From NCBI RefSeq assembly GCF_009914755.1, contig NC_060929.1: DNA of 64,000 bases; one strand, written 5' to 3'. How positions within the stretch are numbered: the first letter of the stretch is position 1; each line of letters begins with the position of its first letter. Positions 54,908 to 64,000 of this stretch are shown here, piece by piece. Below the pieces are notes generated by a model. That model saw only the letters and a list, made by a program, of their open reading frames with translations, was not told the origin of the DNA and searched no databases. Source of the stretch: the human T2T-CHM13v2.0 reference genome, Homo sapiens. The position numbers were made by a program, and so were the translations under genes.

Positions 54908-56842
54908 TACACAGTCAGAATGAAACACAATGCACTGGGTTTCTCTGCAGGCTCTAGATATTTCAAACAACATTAACAGTACGAAGGAAGAAAAATGTAT
55001 TGTGGTGGAAAGTAAATCAAGTTAGCCTGATGTCTCTTTGTGCTGTGAAATGTTTTCCATTATTCTACTTATACATTATGGCTTATATATATTTCGTATA
55101 TTAGTTTCAAGGTTGCTTTAATTTTTAGAGCAGGAAGTGATAAAATGAAGAATAGCTAATTTCAAATTTTCCTTTAGCTTACTGAAGGTAAAAGCACAAT
55201 ACTGAGTTTATAATGTCAGGACTATAATTGTATTATTGGCAATCTGAAGATGTACACTCAAGTTTTATCAAACTATCTGTTAGGCCTCTGACCAGACTTT
55301 TTAAAAAAATGCCATCCATTTGTAAATCAATTAAATTAATGGCTCAGAATGTCTTATGAATACTTGGCAGTGCTTTTATGAACACCCAAGGATAAATATT
55401 TTTAAAAACATTATTTTCAAATATAAACACATTAATAACTCCTGTAATATTAGAGGGCCTTCTATTTAAGCTAAAAATATCAAGAAATCAAGTCCACAGA
55501 TAATGTATATTTTTATTTTGAAGTGAGAGGATGTAACAATAAAAAATTCCCATCTCCCTTTTATTACTCGAGTTGCTTATAGTTCAGTGTAGACTTTTGT
55601 CAATTCTGTGTGCATAATTTCAAACCAGTTTGATTTTTCTCTAGGAATTTTTTTTGTCCCAAGCTGCCTGCCTGGATGTGAAATTATACATTGCATCTGA
55701 TGAAAGATTCATGATTTCTATCTAAACTATTTTGTCTGGTTAGAACAGAATTCTCCTAGTTTTATACTTCTATTAGTTCATTGGGCTCACGGAGTTGCCT
55801 TATGAGATTAGCAATAGACACTTCCTAATATTTTAAAATGCAGATTTTTCTGGCAATCCAAGAATGAGAACCTAAAATAGATTAGATTTTTCTATGACCC
55901 CATGAAATGTTGGACCACACAAAGAACCACACTGTGAACCTCAACTTGCTACACCACTTTCTAAATAAGAGGTATAGCTGTCATTTTATCATTTAATCTC
56001 CTACTTTTCCTCTGTATTTCCTTACTCAATTTGCATATGTATTGGCTTGAATATTTAGTTCACCTGCAGACCATATTCAATATTAAGGGTTTCTCAGTTT
56101 TACATCAGTCACAAGAAACCATTCTGCAGATTAAAACCTTCCAATGTGTATATATAATAGGTATTATCATAAGCAATTGATGTGTTATTTGTAAAGATGG
56201 TTCTGGTTCCTTGCATTTGTTTCAACTTTTAGGTCTTAGTAGTGGTTCTTTGTGTTTGCAGATGCACTATTAAGGTCGTAAAGACATGCAGGAGAATGAG
56301 ATGGGAAACTGTGTCTTCTTTATTCTCAATCTCATACTTTTTTCTCTCTTGGCAAACTTCAGTTCAAGTCTCTTCAAAGAGACTATCAGTATTGATTATC
56401 AGTATCACTTTTAAAGTTTCAAACTATCCATTTTCCAGCTCTTTCCCTAGAATTTCTGATTCAGTGGGTTTGGAATGAAGCTTGAAATTATGAAGACCAG
56501 AACTGTCTTAGATTTGCTCATCATGAGATTTTCAGTCATGGTATTCTCAGTCCTCGGCACAGTGGTTGTTGAATAAATGTTTGAAATAAATTAATGAAAG
56601 AGAAATTGCTGTATTTAGCTACTCATCAAGTGTTTTGCCTACCATTTTTCCAGTTATTTAAAAATCAAGTGAAATACAAAGAAAACAGTTTGATATGACC
56701 AGTGTCTTGGCCTTGGGGTAGCTACCCACATTAAATGATTAAGCAACATCTAAAGGTAGAATTCAGTTAATTATCAAAATACTGAGGGAAAGTGCTACAT
56801 CTGTTCAGATAAAAAGAAAATTTAAAAGGACAGAAAAATTAC

Positions 56843-57100
56843 ACTCATTTATTAGTATGTTATTATTGAGTACCTATTTGTGAGGCTCATTGTGGGGAAT
56901 CAGAGATGAATAAGACAAAGTCCCTGATCTTTAGAAATTCTTAAGCTAGTGTAAGATAAGCATTTAAAGAAATCAATAATGCTATGACATCAAAAATATT
57001 TTATGGGAATTCAGAGAAGACAGTGATTCTTTATGTGTGTGGTGATGGTGGTGGTGCTTAAGGAAAGATTCATAGAGGAGGCAGAGCTAGAGATGAGTCA
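56843..57100 (-). mobile_element. L2 fragment
   Basis: ttattgagtacctat...cagagatgaataagacaaagtccctg...ggaaagattcatagaggagg. Confidence 0.65.
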
Positions 57101-58149
57101 CGTTATTTTTAGTGGCACAAGGTCACTTGTACTTCAATATTGCTAGTCCTCAGATACTGGGTAATTTTACCCACAAACAAAAATTTTCCTCTGCTCTAAA
57201 GCTGGGGTAAAGCTGATGGATTTAGAAGGTGACTTAAGCATTGTTATTCTTGGTGTTATAGATTTAGAAGTGTCAGAGGTAGGGACCCAATATTCCAAAG
57301 TGCTATACATAAATAAGTTATTGCATCACCTCTAAAGATTTTTTGGAGTATAGTTTTAATTCAATTGTAAACAGGGTCATTCCATTTTGAAAGGGATTTG
57401 TAATGCTCAGGTTGTGTCTTAACATAATTCATTGCTAATTGAGAAAGTAAGATATTTAGTTGATCAGCGAATTATGTGACAATCAATAATTATGAGGCGA
57501 GGGAATGTATTCCAAGACTATATTGAAATAATGGAACTTAATGGAACTTCAACAAGTTAGGGGAAACTATATCTTTATACATAGGAAAGAACTAATCCTG
57601 CTGTTTTTAGTTGGTGCTATGGCATACACTTTCAGAATATTATTTTTAAAGCCCTTAATTTATCATTCTAAAATTCCAGTACTAAAAACTCAGTCAGCCT
57701 AACTCCCCATGCAGGATGGCCTTCATACGATACAAGGAATAATACAAGTGTACCCTGACAAGTGTCATGCTAGTTGGGGACTGGATTGAAGAGAGAAAGA
57801 GCATGTCACCTCAGAAGTAGAAATACTTTCAAAATGGAATTCATTACGAAAATATTAGCATTGTGTATGTGTGAGGGATGCTCTATGGAACAGCGAGAAT
57901 GCATTACTTTATTTGCAAATTTATCATATTAATTATATTGATATAGTCTATTTTCCTCAAGACAGCTTGCCCAGTCTTGAATGAAAGCAGAATATTTACT
58001 TAGCATGTTTTATTCTTATTTTGTACTCTTGTTCTTATTCTAATTTTCTTAGAACATTAGATAGCAGAAATAAATTAAAATAAGTTAAGAATGCTTGACA
58101 TGGACACAGGTTATCAAGGGAGGCTCTTGAGTATTTCTGAATATTTTAA

Positions 58150-58340
58150 AGAATAAGATTGGCTGATACATACAGAGTGTGACAGAAGATTATGCAGACT
58201 GCATAGGTCCACTGACATAATGTTGGGAGGTTGTGTTAAAGTAAGCTGACAGGGTTCACATTTTATTCTGTAGGTAAGTGGGGAGTGAATGAATGTTTCT
58301 GATGAGGGATGTGATATGATTGAAGCTGCACTTTAATTGT
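58150..58340 (-). mobile_element. L2 fragment
   Basis: ttttattctgtaggtaagtggggag...gagggatgtgatatgattgaagctgcacttta. Confidence 0.45.
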
Positions 58341-60429
58341 ATCATTTTTATTAAGACAATAATATTAATAAATATCTATCTTATTTTATATAATTTTTCA
58401 GATTATTATAATAAACGATTCTTTAAATAACACCTAAGAAACCATCACAATTAAATATTTCTGAAGTTCCATTACAATCATTTAAATATAGCCTTATTGG
58501 CAGTAATGAAGAGTTGAAGTTTTCAAATAAGATCTCTAATATCTAAGCTATAGAGACCTGTTGGAAAATGTACTTCTAAGGTAATCAAAACTATGCTATA
58601 GCCTGTTTTTTACCCCTATATTCTGACTTTTCCCAGTTTTAGATTAGGATTTATTTTTCTTATATGAAGCCTCAAGTTATTTAGGAAGAATAATAGTAGT
58701 CCTACACTAAAGGGAAAAGAAGTTAAATGTGAATCACTTTGAGGCAGAAAGAAATGGTTGTATTATTTAGTAATGATGCTTTGTTCTGCCTTGTAGCACT
58801 TGTAATGAGCATATACTGATTTCCCCCACAAATGTAGGCCATTTTTGCTCCCATAAAATATAGCCTTACAGGGATAAGAATTGCAGAGGCCATAGCAGGG
58901 AAATGAAATTCAGAAGTGGCCATATAGTTCTGCTTCCTGCAGAACTATAACCCCAGAGTGCACATTAGGAGCCTGCTGATGCTAGGGTTGTGTTTGTGCA
59001 TACAAAGCACACTGGTGTGCTATGAAATAATCTGAGAAATTACTTCCATCTGCACAGCCACTTTTAAAAAATCAATATTTGTTTAACTTTTAACAGGAAA
59101 GCTTGAAGAGAAAATTTGAGGCAGAAAATTATTATTACTTTATTTTCAAGTTAAAACTAGAGGGGGGAAATGCTTTTCTTTAATTGTGGTATTTTGAGGT
59201 CATATTTGAAACAATGTGGTCAAGAGAGAGGACAGCTGTAGATTCTCTCTAAAATAAAGGAATGATATTAATCACGTGGAATCATGGTATGAGAATGAAC
59301 ATGATCTGCAACAGCTGTTGTTCCTTCAGCAAACGACTTCAGTGCCCTTAGTGTGGTACCTTGGGATGGAAAGTTGCCATTAGAACCATTACTCTCAAGG
59401 TGAGGGAAGTGCCTGTTTCAATTGTTAGCACTAAGTAGGTCAGATATCCATCTCTACCGCGAAAGCCACAAAAAGAAAAGTGAAGAACTGGATAATCATG
59501 GCTTGTTCAAACTGCATAGGCTTTTATCTAAATAGGAAAAGGAAAATTGGCAGGCTAAGTGCTTTGCTTGTTTTATGATGTAACTTTTAAACATGGATGG
59601 ATCTTGTCTCTTCTCAGAGAGAGACGGAATGAAAGTGAGAATCTTAATATCAGTTTCTGATATAAATGAATGGAGCACACAAGAAAGTGCACCCCTATAT
59701 TTGGCAATAATATTTTGACCTTGGGAATTTCCAACATGGATAGGTGACTCATGATATAGCAACTTAAATGTGTTAATAAGTCAGATCAGTTTCTTTAATA
59801 AATAAATTGATCAAACATATATCAATTATTAGGGCATATCTGAGATGTCAAATATTTTTAATGTAATACAAGTAGTTTGAAAGTGCTATTTTCATTATAC
59901 AGTTAATCAATTGATTATTTCCTCATATAACAAAAACAGTTCTATGCATATTAGCATTCAGTAACAGGTGCAAGGAAATGAAAGTAAATATGTAGAGAAT
60001 TTATATTAACTGCAGTGCTAACTACATGTCCTGAACTACAGAGAAATATAACAAATCCACTGTTTCTCTATAATAATATTTAAAAACACAGAAAAACAAA
60101 AACAAAAAAAGGCAAAATCAATAGTTAAAAGGAAATTCACCAAATTGGAAAATCAGAAAGGGAAATTGAAGTATCCTGAAACTTGGCTGGAAGTGATGTA
60201 TGTAGGATACTTGGTCAGTAACAACATATTTGCCAGAAAGACAGTGGACTTAATGAAAAGGATGCTTTCAACTTACAGAACAACCTTATTTTAAGAGTGC
60301 AGTTGAGTTCACCAAACATTGTTATTGATAAAAACATTAGGCACATACTGCCTTTGACTGACGGTATTGTTCTGTACTTTGCTTTTAATTTTAAAATATA
60401 AAGTCATTTGTATACTCTTTGCCAGAAAG

Positions 60430-60670
60430 TTGTCATGGTTAAGAACATAAACTGGAGCAGACTCCTTGGATTCCAATTCTTTTTTGGTCCTTAGAATCTG
60501 GTACCTTTAGTCAAGCCTTAATTTTCCCATGCTTTGGTGTCTTCATCAGTATGATAGAGAAAATAGCACCTTCGTCATTGTTATGATGATTAAATGAGAT
60601 AAATGTGAAGCACATGAAACAGTGCTTGGAACATGATGATTGTCCAGAAAGGTTTAACAATTATTATTCA
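60430..60670 (+). mobile_element. MIR SINE
   Basis: tggttaagaacataaactggagcagac...gttatgatgattaaatgagataaatgtgaagcac...cagtgcttggaacat. Confidence 0.75.
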
Positions 60671-60795
60671 TAGGCCCCATGTTCTAAAAGTGAGTTGTAT
60701 GAGTCAGGTTGTAAAGTTCTTATTCTGGGACTTAGGAAAAACATACTAATCTATCTAACATCTTATTTTCTTCATCCCTTAAAGGTGGATTACAG

Positions 60796-61126
60796 CTGTG
60801 TTGTCCAATATGATAGTCACAGTAAAATGTGACTACTGAACACTTGCAATGTGGCTGTTTTGAATATGGTATGCCGCAAGTATAAAATGCATACCTGATT
60901 CTGAGGACTCACTACCCTCCATAAAGTACTTCTTTAATATTTTTATATTTGTTGCATGTTGAAATGATAATATTTTGTCTATTTTAATTAAATAAAATAG
61001 ATTTTGAAAATTAATTTTATCTTTAGCCTTTTTACTTGTATTAATATGGCTGCCAGGAAATTCAAAATTAAATATGTGGTTAATATCATATGTGGTTTGT
61101 ATCATATCTCTATCTGGACAGCACTG
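60796..61126. mobile_element. MER33 hAT-Charlie MITE
   Basis: Termini ctgtgttgtccaata and tggacagcactg; internal cacttgcaatgtggct, atgttgaaatgataatattttg. Confidence 0.85.
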
Positions 61127-61849
61127 GTTTGGAGAATCTCAAAGTCTTTCTATCTCCAATGTCCTAGAACTCTATGATCCTACTTTGAAATTAAGAGGTA
61201 TTAGTCACATATTTTTCTAAATATGGCAGAAAAGCCAAGAGGGCTAAATGTAAGTGTTCTTTACAATCACTCCTATCTCAGGTTTTCTGTTTGAAATTTT
61301 AGGAAATTCAGAGTTTGTGAAATTACCAGCCCAATCTTAAAGCTAGAAGTGTCAGGTTTCGATTTCCAGAATCTCCCACTTTTTTCACATCTGTAAGACA
61401 GGCATTTGTAAAAATGGTTTTCAAAGTTTCAATCAGCCACATTTCTTTTGGTAGAAGAGTACATCAATACCATCATACTATGTTCTCCTTAAGGAAAAAG
61501 TTTGTTGCTTATGTGTAAGTAAATTTCATTAGAAATATTCAGCATATAGGAAAGTTCTACTTAGTAAAGACACCTTGATCCTGTATAGCTTCTTGAAGAG
61601 CAAGATAACACTCTTTACCACACTTGTTTCCTGAAGCTATAATAATCCAACTCTGGAGTGAAACTTCAGTTGACTAGAGAATTAATCTATTAACAGGATA
61701 GATATCAAGAGGAGGCTGATAATATTAGTGCATGCTACTTTTAAATGCCCCTTTTCTCTTTCAACCTGGCAAATACCTTGATAGCTCCCAACATCCAGTT
61801 TTAGCATTCATCCAACAGTTGTTTATTGAGAAACTGCATCATATCATGG

Positions 61850-62720
61850 ACTAAGAATCATTGTTTCTCTCTTTACCTACTCTACCTCAACATCTAAGCC
61901 ATTAGCCAGTCCTGTCAATTCTAAAAAGTTCCTAAAACCTACCCCAGGTCTACACTCTTCCTTTTATTCTAACTTCTACTAACCTAGACCCAATCACTAT
62001 CATTTCATACATGCAATTAAATTCTTCACACTGCTTCCAATATTACCTTTCTACATTCTCCACAAAGAAACAGTGGTAAAGTCACTTAAAAATGAAAATT
62101 AAATCATTTGCTCCCTTGCCTAAAACTACTCATCTACCTTCAAATAAAATGTCAGCTCCTAATCTTGATCTGACTTTCTATGGTCTGGCCCGTATTTCCT
62201 TCCTTGTGCTGATTATGTGATACTTCCCTTGTCATTCAAGTTTTAACTCAAACTTCACAAGCCCTTCTTGGTCACATTATGCAGAGGTGTTTCTCAGTCA
62301 CTGTCACAAAATGCTTTTATAATTCAATTACGGAAATTATCACAAGCTGTCAATCAGCCACATTTCTTTTGATAGAAGAGTACATCAATACCATCATACT
62401 GTGTTCTCCTTAAGGAAAAAGTGTGTTGCTTATGTGGCAGTAAATTTCATTAAAAAAATTCAGTAGATTGGAAGATTCTACTTAGCAAAGACACTGATTT
62501 GTAACCTTGATGTCTCATCTCCTCAAGCTGATTTTAAAAGATTTTACAGTAAGAACCAAATGCATATATTAGAAAATATATAACATACATTTTTCCTCTC
62601 TCAACTAGAATTAAATTGCCTGGAACTAAAAATCTGGCATATTTTGTTCAAAGTCATAAGTCAGTGCCTAAAGTAATGCCTGACATGTAAGTAGGAATTC
62701 AGTAAAGGCTGTTGACTGAA
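61850..62720 (+). mobile_element. L2 fragment interrupted by a duplicated non-L2 segment
   Basis: gtcctgtcaattct...attctccaca...ctcccttgcctaaaact...cagtgcctaaagtaatgcctgacatgtaagtagg...gttgactgaat. Confidence 0.7.
62350..62494 (+). repeat. ~145-bp direct duplicate of 61429-61573
   Basis: tcaatcagccacatttcttttg...ttctacttag(t/c)aaagacac present twice, about 90% identical by eye. Confidence 0.93.
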
Positions 62721-62799
62721 TATTGAATGCTACTTCAGTCTTTTGTCTTTTCAATTGTCATACTCCCTTTCATCTCCACTTCCATAGAAAAGATTCTTT

Positions 62800-63330
62800 C
62801 TTTTTTATCTAGAATTTTTCAGTAGCTCTGTCTTTATTGTAAGCCCTTCAAAGTCAATCTTGGCATTATTGCCAAATTCTTATTCTAAAAAACCATGTTT
62901 TTAAGTCACTACCGCCTTTACCATAGATCAATAATCCTTCAGTGGATACAGGAAAAGTTAAGCTTGCCTACATAGCACAAAATAACTGTGAATATACTCT
63001 CCCCAAATTCTTTTTCTTCCTTGTCTACTTGCCAAATTTGTTATCTTTACTGACATTTGAGATTCAGCTTCATATGGTAATTATGCTGTCAAAACTTTTC
63101 TAACTTCTGGTATAGATTTTGGTTCAATCTTTCTTTAGTGGCATGAAGCATTATGGATATCTCCATCACATAGTGTACATATTGTGTTTATATTGTGCTT
63201 ATTTCATATATAGTTTTATCTCATTCCCCAGATTATATTCTGGATATTTTCTATAGTTTTATTTGACTTGCTAAAATATTGTCTTAAGATTAGGGGCCAT
63301 ATCTTCTGCTTTTTTGGTAGATAACTGTCT
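62800..63330 (+). mobile_element. Decayed L2 fragment
   Basis: cttcaaagtcaatctt...gattcagcttcatatgg...cttaagattaggggccatatctt. Confidence 0.45.
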
Positions 63331-63364
63331 TTTAGTTTCTATGTTTAGATTACATTTTAACATT

Positions 63365-63520
63365 AGATGAACATGGCCTGAATTCGTCTTCCTAGTTCCA
63401 ACCTAGCGACATACTCTATGGTCTGTAACCATCTTATTTTCTTCATGGGAAAGATGGAGGTGCTATCTTATGATAATGTTGAGAGAATTACATGAGTCAA
63501 AAGACATGAAGTATAGTACT
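63365..63520 (+). mobile_element. MIR SINE (decayed)
   Basis: tcttattttcttcatgggaaagatggagg...gttgagagaattacatgag. Confidence 0.5.
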
Positions 63521-64000
63521 TAAAATTAGATTTTGTTCCTGTCTTTACTAATGATGAGTAACATGCATAATTCATCAAGCAAGACGTCATTTTATTAACA
63601 CAAAATTTGATTGCGATATAGTTGTATAAAAGTCCTGATTATACTTGGGTTTTCATACTGGATACTGACCAAGAGAGTCAAACCTTTCCTTGGCTGCAGC
63701 TTTTCTGGTTTTTGTCTCTCTGGCTTCTTTGGATCTACTGAAGCAATGACTTATCACAGCAGATCAAAATACTTAAAATTAGAAAAAGATAACAAGGCAG
63801 ATCATAAAATATTTTTCTTAAATGATTTGCTGAATATGGTTTATGCCAAAAGAGGACCATTTTATCAACATTAAGAAGCTGTATAATCATAAATTATTTG
63901 AAAAATGAAATCAAGTATATTTTATAAATATTTTTAAGGTGAAGTCTATGCTGACCATTTCAATTTTTCAAATCAACTAACGCACTGCTTATTTTGGCAA

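Overview
AT-rich, CpG-poor primate genomic DNA, most likely human, judged from AluS/AluY, L1PA, MSTA, MER11 and MER1A elements. It looks intronic or intergenic. No protein-coding gene, RNA gene or CRISPR array is supportable. The listed ORFs are L1 ORF2 relics, Alu or microsatellite read-throughs, ERVL gag/pol relics, or chance ORFs. The window is a layered transposon landscape: 7 near-full Alus plus a remnant, many L1 fragments (two with twin-priming 5' inversions), a decayed ERVL-class provirus carrying nested insertions, several solo LTRs, hAT/Tc-mariner fossils, and MIR/L2 relics. The signal that repeat annotation does not explain is three locus-specific templated duplications without poly(A) or TSDs. 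These are a ~680-bp inverted copy (15393-16070 from 28011-28749), a 227-bp direct copy with 4 mismatches (38845-39071 from 40111-40337), and a ~145-bp direct copy (62350-62494 from 61429-61573). Subfamily names come from recalled consensus sequences and need RepeatMasker/Dfam confirmation. Boundaries of old elements are approximate.
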